The notes beneath the pieces are model-generated. The model was given only the letters and a program-made list of their open reading frames with translations, made no database searches and was not told the DNA's origin. The translations under genes and the position numbers were made by a program. From Alphaproteobacteria bacterium (GTDB lineage: Bacteria; Pseudomonadota; Alphaproteobacteria; MPNO01; UBA830), in contig OZ251539.1 in assembly GCA_965243135.1 (NCBI GenBank), positions 4,640,001 to 4,704,000 of the forward strand: a stretch of 64,000 nt of DNA, written 5' to 3'. This document shows, piece after piece, positions 18,813-26,980 of this stretch (the first letter of the stretch is position 1; each line of letters opens with the position of its first letter).

Positions 18813-19787
18813 TTACGGCTCCAGCACGATGGATCCCATGGTTTTGCGGTTGGCGAGGTCGCGATGGGCGCGCGACGCCTCCCGAAGCGAATATTTGTGA
18901 TTCACCTGGACTTTCACGACGCCCGCCTTGATGACCTTCATGACGTCGCCGGCCATTCTCTTTAGATCTTCGGGCGTTTTCGCGAAGTCGAAGAGCGTCG
19001 GCCGGGTCATCATCAACGATCCCTTTTGCGACAGGATGGCCGGCTCCATCGGAGGAATGGGTCCGGACGCATTGCCAAACGTCACGAAGAGGCCCCGCGG
19101 CCGCAGACAGTCGAGGGAAGCCGGCCAGGTCGCCTTGCCTATGGAGTCGTACACCACGGGAAGCATCTCGCCCTTGGTGATTTTTCTTATCCGGTCGACG
19201 AAATTCTCGCGGGTGTAGATGATCGGGTAGTCGCAGCCGTGCGCTTTCGCGAGGCGCGCTTTCGCCGGCGAACTGACGGTGCCGATCACCGTAGCGCCGA
19301 GATGTTTGGCCCATTGGCAAAGGATCAGTCCGACTCCGCCGGCGGCGGCGTGGATCAAGATCGTGTCGCCCTTGCCGACCTTGTAGACTTGCCGGATCAG
19401 ATACTGGACGGTCATGCCTTGCAGCATCATCGACGCCGCGACGTCGTCGGAGATTTCGCGCGGAACCTTGACCAGTTTGGCGGCCGGCATGTTCAGCACC
19501 TCCGCGTAACATCCCTTGCCGGCGGTGCCGGTCGCGACCCGGTCGCCGATGCGGAAGCCGGTAACGCCGGATCCGATCGCTTCGATTTCGCCGCACATCT
19601 CTCCGCCGGGCGTGAAGGGAGTCGGCATCGGATAGAGCCCCGAGCGCTGGTAGATGTCGATAAAGTTGACGCCTATGGCGCGGGTGCGCACCGTAACTTC
19701 GTCGTTTTTGGGTCGTCCGATCTCGATTTCCCGCCATTTCATGGCGGAGGGAGGCCCTGGCTGTTCGACGAGAATTGATTTCGGCAT
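18813..19787 (-). CDS. qor: NADPH:quinone oxidoreductase (zeta-crystallin/MDR family)
   Basis: GVNFIDIYQRSGLY, HAAAGGVG, FGNASG, KGSL..RPTL. Confidence 0.9.
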   Translation of the reverse strand: MPKSILVEQPGPPSAMKWREIEIGRPKNDEVTVRTRAIGVNFIDIYQRSGLYPMPTPFTPGGEMCGEIEAIGSGVTGFRIGDRVATGTAGKGCYAEVLNMPAAKLVKVPREISDDVAASMMLQGMTVQYLIRQVYKVGKGDTILIHAAAGGVGLILCQWAKHLGATVIGTVSSPAKARLAKAHGCDYPIIYTRENFVDRIRKITKGEMLPVVYDSIGKATWPASLDCLRPRGLFVTFGNASGPIPPMEPAILSQKGSLMMTRPTLFDFAKTPEDLKRMAGDVMKVIKAGVVKVQVNHKYSLREASRAHRDLANRKTMGSIVLEP

Positions 19788-19814
19788 GAGAAGTACCCTT
19801 TCTGGACTTGATCT

Positions 19815-20519
19815 TCAGGCAAGACGCGTGCGGAAAAGTTCCGAGGTGCGCGCATTGGCTTTCGCCGCCGCCGCTTCGTCGTAGTTCGCGCCGCCGGTTC
19901 TGGCGAACGCGTGATCGACGTCCGGGTAGGAATAAACCGTCACGAGTTCGTTCTTTCCGAGCTCCCGGCCGATCTTTTCCTGCGCTTCGGGCGGGCAGAA
20001 GTGGTCCTTTTCGGCGATATGCAGGATCAGGGGGTTGCGAATGCCCGAGGCGGCATCGAGCGAATTCTCGATCTGAACCGGGTAATAGCCGGACGCGGCA
20101 TCCACGTCCGTATGGCAAGCCGAAGCGTAGGCGAGACTGCCGCCGAGGCAGTATCCGACCGCGCCGACCTTGCCGGCGCAGCTTTGATGGGAGCGAACGG
20201 CCGAGACCGTCGCCTGGATATCGGCGACTCCTTGTTCGAACATAGGCAAAAAGGCGTTCATCAGTTCGAACGCCCGATCCCACTCCGCTTGCGTGCCGTC
20301 GGTCAGTTCGACCCCCGGTTCGATGCGCCAGAAAAGATCGGGACACGCGGCGACGTAGCCTTCGGCGGCCAAGCCGTCGCAGACTTCGCGCATGAAGCCG
20401 TTGACGCCGAAGATTTCCTGAAGGACTACGACGCCGGGGCCGGATCCGGATTCCGGCACTGCGCAGTAGGCGGAAAATTCGCCGCTGCCGTCCGTCGCGG
20501 GAATGGTCAGCTTGGACAT
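19815..20519 (-). CDS. Dienelactone hydrolase family protein
   Basis: QEIFGVN, GYCLGG nucleophile motif, HAFAR; start at ATG 20519. Confidence 0.9.
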   Translation of the reverse strand: MSKLTIPATDGSGEFSAYCAVPESGSGPGVVVLQEIFGVNGFMREVCDGLAAEGYVAACPDLFWRIEPGVELTDGTQAEWDRAFELMNAFLPMFEQGVADIQATVSAVRSHQSCAGKVGAVGYCLGGSLAYASACHTDVDAASGYYPVQIENSLDAASGIRNPLILHIAEKDHFCPPEAQEKIGRELGKNELVTVYSYPDVDHAFARTGGANYDEAAAAKANARTSELFRTRLA

Positions 20520-21203
20520 GTCGTTTTCCTTTCTGTCTTCGACTCCGTTTCGCCAGCGGAGGGATGCGGAAGAAAAGGTCGACCGCTCGCCTCGATGCCA
20601 CCGTCGGCGAACAACCACCGCGTCACGATAGCGGCTAGGTTGAAAAACGTCAAGAACGGTGCGCAAGGGGCCCCACGACGTTTCGCTTTCCGGGGCCGCC
20701 GAGCGCCATTGCCGCGAATTGAGAATTTTTCGTGGCGAGGCACTCTCCGGCAGTCAGGGAGCAAGAGGCCGAGGGCCTCCTCTCCTCAGAGATGACGAGA
20801 CGGGTCAGGCGCACCGCTCGGATCCGCGCCAGCTCGGCAAGACAGCGGACCACGAGGCCCGTTGCGCGAGCGCCATCACCGCTCCTTTCTGATGCGCGGC
20901 GCCGGTCGAGAGGGACAGCGGCAGCCTCGCCGTGGCGCTTGGAGGCGCCGGGCAGGCCGCCTCCGAAAGCCAACCCCGGAGCGCGACCGCGAACCGCGGC
21001 CGGAAGAGCGTCTGAATCCCGGCATTGGTTCCGTCGAACGAGAACGTTCCGCTTGATGCGCTCGCCCGGTTCGAACGAAGCGGCCTCCCGCCTCTTCGGA
21101 GAACGATTCTCGGGGCGGAAATTTCCTCCGAAGCCGTGGCCAACGATTTGCCGAATCGGCTCGCGAAGGCGAAATTCGGCGCAAAAAATACGGAAAGTCG
21201 CCG

Positions 21204-21674
21204 TCAAGGGCGGCGTTGGACAGCCTTGACGCGGGAGCCTTCCAAGCCAAGCAGAAAGGACTTGGTGGAGAGGCCTCCCTTTCCCGAGTACCCGCCGCCC
21301 TTGCCGTCGGCGCCCACCACCCTGTGGCAGGGCACGATGATCGGAAGCGGATTCGCGCGGCAGGCGCCGCCGACAGGACGCGCCGCCGTCTCCAGGCGCC
21401 GCGCAAGCGATCCATAGGTCGCCGTTTCGCCGTAGGGGATTTCCGCCATGGCTGCCCAGACCCGTTTCCGGAACGGACTGCCGACCGGATCGAGCGGCAA
21501 ACCGAACTCGGTCAGCGCGCCGTTGAAATAAGCTTCGAGCTGGCGCGCCGCTTCGCGAAGGAGCGGGGTCGCCGCGCCGCGGGACGCGCAATCCCATCCG
21601 ATGCGGACGATAGCGCCGTCCCGTTCCTCGACGGTCAACGCTCCGACAGGCGATGCAAGCGCAAGGCAAGGCAT
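21204..21674 (-). CDS. ogt: Methylated-DNA--protein-cysteine methyltransferase
   Basis: IPYGETATYG, ANPLPIIVPCHRVV active-site motif; the real gene is the C-terminal part of ORF 21204..22991. Confidence 0.92.
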   Translation of the reverse strand: MPCLALASPVGALTVEERDGAIVRIGWDCASRGAATPLLREAARQLEAYFNGALTEFGLPLDPVGSPFRKRVWAAMAEIPYGETATYGSLARRLETAARPVGGACRANPLPIIVPCHRVVGADGKGGGYSGKGGLSTKSFLLGLEGSRVKAVQRRP

Positions 21675-21776
21675 GCCGCATTGTAATGCGCCGCCGGTTC
21701 GGCCGCACGATCCTGCGGCGACCGTTGCGCCGTTGGTTCCGATGGTGCAGGATCGCCGGGCTCGGGGGAGGCGCCG

Positions 21777-22595
21777 ATGGGAATCCGCGTGACGGAAGAG
21801 GAAACTCGCAAGTTTCATGAGGAAGGCGTCGTGCGGCTGCAGGGCGTCGTCGACGGCGAATGGCTCGACGTTCTGGCTGCAGGCTTCGAGGAAGCGGTCG
21901 CGTCGCCGAGCCCCCACGCCAAGAACTATTCGCCCGAAGGCGCTCCCCGCTATTTTACCGATCACCGGCTGTTCAACAGGTTCGGCGCGTTCCGGGAGTT
22001 TCTGTTCGAGGGACCTCTGGCGGAGATCGCCGCCGAAATCCTCGGGGCGTCGCGCATAGATCTCTACGACGAGCATCTCCTGATCAAGGAACCCGGGTCG
22101 CCGACGCCCACCTACTGGCATCACGACATGCCGTATTTTTCCATAGACGGTTACGATCTGGCGAGCGTCTGGTTTTCGCTGGATCCGGTCACCGAGGAGA
22201 CGGGCGCCCTGCGTTTCGCTCTGGGTTCTCACAAGTGGGGAAAACTCTACCGGCCGGTGAAGATCGGCCTCAACGAACCTGTCGAGACTTTCGACAGGGA
22301 CGATCTGGTGGAGGAGGTGCCCGACATCGACGGCAATCCCGGCGAGTATCCGACGGCGCTGATGGAAACCGACCCGGGCGACATCGTCGTTTTTCACGGA
22401 TGCGCGCTGCACGCTTCGGGACCCAACGCGCGCCCCGACGTGAGCCGGCGGGCGCTTTCCTATCGTTTTGCGGGAGACGATATTCGTTGGAGGAACCGGT
22501 CGGACAAGCCGCTGATATTCGACAGTTGTCTCGAGGATGGCGATCCGCTCAGCCTGATCGCGGATCAATGCCCGCGCGTATGGCCGAGAGCCTGA
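21777..22595 (+). CDS. Phytanoyl-CoA dioxygenase (PhyH) family Fe(II)/2-oxoglutarate oxygenase
   Basis: TYWHHD (HxD), VWFSLD, GSHKW, PGDIVVFHGCALHAS, RRA. Confidence 0.88.
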   Translation: MGIRVTEEETRKFHEEGVVRLQGVVDGEWLDVLAAGFEEAVASPSPHAKNYSPEGAPRYFTDHRLFNRFGAFREFLFEGPLAEIAAEILGASRIDLYDEHLLIKEPGSPTPTYWHHDMPYFSIDGYDLASVWFSLDPVTEETGALRFALGSHKWGKLYRPVKIGLNEPVETFDRDDLVEEVPDIDGNPGEYPTALMETDPGDIVVFHGCALHASGPNARPDVSRRALSYRFAGDDIRWRNRSDKPLIFDSCLEDGDPLSLIADQCPRVWPRA

Positions 22596-22807
22596 AACGC
22601 CCGCTGCGCGAAATCCGCGGAGAAACGCCCGCGAATCCCCGTCCCGGGAAATTCGAGCTGCCGTCGGAAGGAGAGGCGAAGACGGCTCGGAATTTCGCCG
22701 ATTTCCGTCGGGAGCGAGACGAGGTCCTGCGGCGACGTTGCGATAAAAGCGTGCGGCCTGGAACCTCCCGAACCCCCGGACGGGCGTCGATTCTCGCTCG
22801 CCGGGCG

Positions 22808-24298
22808 ATGGAACGACGCCACGGGATCCTGCGGGCCTTCGGGAAATTTTCGGGCCGGCGGGCAAGGGGAGTTCTTCTGGCCGCCGCGTTGTCCCTGGGA
22901 GTTTCCGGAAGCGTTGGTTGGGCTGCGGAAGGCAAGACCGGAAGAGGGTTCGGCGAGGGCGGGGGAACGGCTTCCGATTCGCGCGCGGCATCGTCCGAGG
23001 GACCGGCGGAACGCTACCTCGAAGCCGTATCGGCGTATCTGACGCAATTTTCAGGCCGGGTGTTGGGCGGCCTTTCCATGACCGGTTCGGTCACGGCCGC
23101 GAATCTCGGAGACGCGGTGGAAATCCTTTTCCCGGGCGTCGCGGTCGGCGGCGGTCGAATCCGGCTGGGCGACGTCGCGGCTCGCCCGAGGCCGTTGGAG
23201 GAACCTCTGTACGATGTCGATTTTTCATGGGACGGACGAGCGGGGATTTACGCGAACGGCGTCAGAACCGGTGCCATCGGCGTTGCCGATCCCCGGCTGA
23301 AGGGACGGTGGGATTCCGAGCTGAAGGCCCTCGTCCGGTTCGATGTCGAAACCGGACCGATCGTCTGGACGAAGGGAGCCGAAAGAGTCCTTTCGGCCAA
23401 GGCGTCGAGCGCGAACCGCAGGCTTCTCCCGAACGGGAAGGGAGGATGGGAAGAAGATTCGATCTTGCGCGTGACCGGCCTGGACCTGGGCGGACGGGAA
23501 GGAAACGGATACGCGAGAATAGGAGACGGAAGGATCGAACTCCGTCGAACGAGTTTCGATCCCGCGGCATGGTTGTTCTTTCCGGATGTCTTCGGGGTCT
23601 CGCGCGCGAGCGGCAAGACGAACGAAGCCGTCGCGGCGCTGGCCAGGGAACCGGAAACGGCCGGAGAAAGCCATGGCGAGATGCGGTTCGCCGACATCGA
23701 GATCGCGAACGACGACGGGATGCGGCTCGCGCTCGGGGAGTTGGCGCTCCGCGTGGATTACAAGGAAAATACGGGAAGCTTTTTCGTCGATATCGGCGCC
23801 CCGCGCGTGCCGGGAACGCCGTTTCGTTTCCTGCCGGAACGCGTTGCCGCGGAGGTCGAAGTCCTCGGATTTCCGTTGAAAAGGCTCTTCGCGGAGATGG
23901 GCGACGAGCGGTTTTGGAGAGCCCATGGCGAGGATGCGCTTGTCGAAGCGGGACGCCGGTTTTGGTCCCGCGCGGGACGGGATTCGGAATTCCGCATTTC
24001 CGGATTCAAGGTTGGACTTCCGCCCGCGGAAGCGAACGCGCATGGAACGTTGCGGCCGGACGGCGCGGGCTGGGTCGTCGGCGAGCTCCGCGTCCGAATA
24101 ACCGGCCTGGACGAATACCTCGGAGCGCTGCCGAAGTCCGAGTCGCCTGCGGCCATGATGGTTGTCGCGCCCCTCAAGGGTCTGGGCCGGCCGGTCGCCG
24201 GGAAAGATGGACGCATCGCTTATGCGTACGATATCGACTTTTCTCCCGGCGGACTGATCTCCGTCAACGGAATGCCGCTGGCTCCTCTGGCCGAATAG
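22808..24298 (+). CDS. Hypothetical exported protein
   Basis: Signal-peptide-like RRARGVLLAAALSLGVSGSVGWA then beta-rich sequence ending ISVNGMPL; no family recognised; start uncertain. Confidence 0.6.
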   Translation: MERRHGILRAFGKFSGRRARGVLLAAALSLGVSGSVGWAAEGKTGRGFGEGGGTASDSRAASSEGPAERYLEAVSAYLTQFSGRVLGGLSMTGSVTAANLGDAVEILFPGVAVGGGRIRLGDVAARPRPLEEPLYDVDFSWDGRAGIYANGVRTGAIGVADPRLKGRWDSELKALVRFDVETGPIVWTKGAERVLSAKASSANRRLLPNGKGGWEEDSILRVTGLDLGGREGNGYARIGDGRIELRRTSFDPAAWLFFPDVFGVSRASGKTNEAVAALAREPETAGESHGEMRFADIEIANDDGMRLALGELALRVDYKENTGSFFVDIGAPRVPGTPFRFLPERVAAEVEVLGFPLKRLFAEMGDERFWRAHGEDALVEAGRRFWSRAGRDSEFRISGFKVGLPPAEANAHGTLRPDGAGWVVGELRVRITGLDEYLGALPKSESPAAMMVVAPLKGLGRPVAGKDGRIAYAYDIDFSPGGLISVNGMPLAPLAE

Positions 24299-24385
24299 TC
24301 GCTTTCGGAACCTGCGACCGTCGGCGCGCTTCCGCGGCCTTCGCGCCGGCAGTGGCGAACTTGCGCGGCGGCGGAAAAATCCCGC

Positions 24386-24414
24386 TTGATCTCCATCGTC
24401 GGGCGTTCTATTCT
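24386..24414 (+). promoter_or_regulatory. Putative sigma70 promoter of tRNA-Glu
   Basis: TTGATC-17 bp-TATTCT ending 12 nt before the tRNA. Confidence 0.5.
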
Positions 24415-24426
24415 TCCCTCGTAAGC

Positions 24427-24502
24427 GTCCCCTTCGTCTAGCGGCCTAGGACATCGGCCTCTCACGCCGAAAACAGGGGTTCGAGTCCCCTAGGGGACGC
24501 CA
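24427..24502 (+). tRNA. tRNA-Glu (anticodon CTC)
   Basis: Acceptor GTCCCCT/AGGGGAC, anticodon arm TCGGC-CTCTCAC-GCCGA, T-loop GGTTCGAGTCC, encoded 3' CCA; 76 nt. Confidence 0.97.
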
Positions 24503-24536
24503 ATCCGGCGTTCGAACGATTCGACGGCCCGCCGGG

Positions 24537-24552
24537 GCAGGGGGCCCCCTGC
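24537..24552. terminator. Perfect GC palindrome between the convergent tRNA and CDGSH gene
   Basis: GCAGGGGGCCCCCTGC; no U-tract, so a terminator role is uncertain. Confidence 0.3.
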
Positions 24553-24558
24553 GGACTC

Positions 24559-25611
24559 TCAGTAGCTGATGGCCGGATTGTCGCCGGGGCAGATGGCGCC
24601 GACGACGAGCATGCCGTCCTCGCCGAACGCCTCGAGGGAATGGGATTGCTTGCGCGGCAGGAAGATCGCGTCGCCCGCCGCGACGGGCGCCCTCAGATTC
24701 TCGGTCCACATGCGCCCCCGTCCGCTCAGGACGATCAGCGATTCCTCGTAGAGGTGCCGGTGCGGCTCCGCCCTGGATCGCGGGATGTGGCCGATGAACT
24801 GCGCGACTGTCTCCGAACCCGCCGCCTTGTCGACGAGCATCTGGAAGTAACGGTTCGCCATGCCGTGCCGCTGCGACGGATCGAGAGGCACGACGCGTTC
24901 GCGATACGCTTCGTCGAAGCCGGCCGGCATGGCGTCGGCGAATTCCGGAGCCGCCGTTCTTGGGCAGACCGTGACCTGGAACCTGACCTCGCGGCCGTCG
25001 GCGTTCGAGACGCGGAAAGCCTCTCCCGCCCTGACGCAAACGCCCGAATGGCGCGCCGCGAGGAAGCGTCGGCCCGAGATCTCGATGTCGAGTTCTCCCT
25101 CGAAGACGAACAGCACGGCGGCCCTGTCGCCAAAGGAAACCACCGGGGAAACGCCCTCCGCCGCCTCGAAATCGAACAGCGATTGATGGATCGAACCGTA
25201 TTCCGGCCCGATCAGGGCGCGGTAATTCAGGGATCCCGCCGAGGTTTTCGGCGCCGCGCCGGGCGAAACGACGTAGCACCCTCCGTTCAGGATCGTTCGT
25301 CCGTCTCCTTGGGGAAACGCGTCCTCGGCTTCGCGATCTTCCGCGCCGCCGGCCTCCGGCAATCCATTGTGCGAGCCGTCGCAGAACGGCGGGGTTTCCG
25401 TGCGCTTGCAACCGCAGAAGACGACCTCCTCTTCTTTGGCGCCGGCCCCGTAGCGAACCGGGCGAAACCCGGTGCCGGCGTGAGAGCCGTCGCAGAACGG
25501 CTGGACGCCGCTGCGTCCGCAACTGCACCATGCGTAGACGCGGCCTCGTTCGAGTTCGGCGTAGTAGCCCTTGCCGCGGGCGATCCGCGGAGGTTCGACG
25601 GCGTTCGGCAT
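24559..25611 (-). CDS. Tandem CDGSH [2Fe-2S] domains fused to cupin domain(s)
   Basis: WCSCGRSGVQPFCDGSH and FCGCKRTETPPFCDGSH; C-terminal cupin HRHLYEESLIVLSG..GDAIFLPRKQSH; middle cupin-like region lacks obvious His ligands. Confidence 0.85.
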   Translation of the reverse strand: MPNAVEPPRIARGKGYYAELERGRVYAWCSCGRSGVQPFCDGSHAGTGFRPVRYGAGAKEEEVVFCGCKRTETPPFCDGSHNGLPEAGGAEDREAEDAFPQGDGRTILNGGCYVVSPGAAPKTSAGSLNYRALIGPEYGSIHQSLFDFEAAEGVSPVVSFGDRAAVLFVFEGELDIEISGRRFLAARHSGVCVRAGEAFRVSNADGREVRFQVTVCPRTAAPEFADAMPAGFDEAYRERVVPLDPSQRHGMANRYFQMLVDKAAGSETVAQFIGHIPRSRAEPHRHLYEESLIVLSGRGRMWTENLRAPVAAGDAIFLPRKQSHSLEAFGEDGMLVVGAICPGDNPAISY

Positions 25612-25621
25612 TCTCTCCTTC

Positions 25622-26869
25622 CTATATCGAGACGTTCCTGTATTCGGGCGCGCGCCAGCGTTCCGAAGCCAGAACGCTCTTGACGGTCTGCACGGCGTGC
25701 CAGACGTCTTCGTGGCTGTGATAGAGCGGACTCATGCCGAAACGGATGGAATCCGGACGGCGAAACGACGAAACCAGTCCGCAATCCGCCAGCGCTTCGC
25801 ACACCGAGCCGCCGCCGGGATGGCTGAAAGACACGTGGCCGCCGCGTTCCGCGTAATCGCGGGGAGAGGTCACGGCGACGCCGAGCGCGCCGCAGTCGGC
25901 GTCGAGCAGCGCGATGAGCGTTTCGGTGAGGGATTGGTGCTTGGCGGCGACGGTCCGGCGATCGGCGTCGCGCCAGATGTCCGCGGCCGCCGAGAACACC
26001 TCGTTGGCGACGACCTGGGGCGTGCCGGTGAGATGGCCGGCGATTCCGGCGGCCGGCTCGAATTCCGGGAGGAAGGCGTCCCGCTTCGCATGCCCCATCC
26101 ATCCCGCGATGGCGGGCCACGCGGCGCCCTGATGCGCCGGGTTGACGAACAGGAAGGCGGGACCGCCCGGGCCGCCGCAGAGATACTTGTAGCCGCACCC
26201 CACCGCGAAATCCGCCCCCGACAGGTCGATGTCCAGAGCGCCCGCCGAATGGGAAAGATCCCAGACGGTCAGCGCGTCGACCGCCCTGGCGCAGGCGTTG
26301 ACCTCCTGGATGTTCCAGCGTTCGCTCGATCGGTAATCGGTCTGGGTGAGGTAGAGGATCGCCACGTCGCGATCCAGCATGTCGAGAAGCTGCGAGCGGT
26401 TCTCCGCCGTTCGGACGGCGCCCTCGGCGCCGAGATCCCGGAGCAGGCGCAAGAACCCCTGCGCGACGTGCAGGTCGGTCGGGAAATTGTGCGTTTCCGT
26501 GAGGATCGCGTTGCCGCTGCCGCGTCGTTTCCAGGCGTAGCTGATGGCCTTGAACAGGTTGACCGTCGTGTTGTCGCAGACGATGACGTCGTCCGGGTCG
26601 GCGCCCAGCATGTGGGCGATGTTCGCGCCGAGGATGCGCGGCTTCTCCATCCAGTCCTCGGTCGCCCAGCAACGCCGTCCCTTGTTCCGCCAGCAATCCG
26701 TGAGGAGACGCGTCGTCCGGTCCGGCGCGTCCGCCGGCATGGCGCCCATGGAATTGGCGTCGAAGTGGATGTTTCCGGATTCGGGGAGCGCGAATTTCTC
26801 GCGAAGGCCGGCCAGAGGATCGCGGCGGTCCAGTTCGCGGCAGCCTTCGAGGGTGAGCGGAACGTCCAC
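25622..26869 (-). CDS. kynU: Kynureninase (PLP-dependent)
   Basis: LDRRDPLAGLREKF, FDANSMG, TTVNLFK, NFPTDL, WDLSHSAG, GCGYKYLCGGPG, GWMGH; GTG start estimated. Confidence 0.88.
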   Translation of the reverse strand: MDVPLTLEGCRELDRRDPLAGLREKFALPESGNIHFDANSMGAMPADAPDRTTRLLTDCWRNKGRRCWATEDWMEKPRILGANIAHMLGADPDDVIVCDNTTVNLFKAISYAWKRRGSGNAILTETHNFPTDLHVAQGFLRLLRDLGAEGAVRTAENRSQLLDMLDRDVAILYLTQTDYRSSERWNIQEVNACARAVDALTVWDLSHSAGALDIDLSGADFAVGCGYKYLCGGPGGPAFLFVNPAHQGAAWPAIAGWMGHAKRDAFLPEFEPAAGIAGHLTGTPQVVANEVFSAAADIWRDADRRTVAAKHQSLTETLIALLDADCGALGVAVTSPRDYAERGGHVSFSHPGGGSVCEALADCGLVSSFRRPDSIRFGMSPLYHSHEDVWHAVQTVKSVLASERWRAPEYRNVSI

Positions 26870-26980
26870 GAGTCCGCCTCGCTTGATGTCGACGCCGCGA
26901 ATTTTCCATATCTGCAACTTTCTTGCAACGCGCCGCGGTCGCTTCGTATGATGCGGCTCCGTCACCGGAGAAACGGGACC

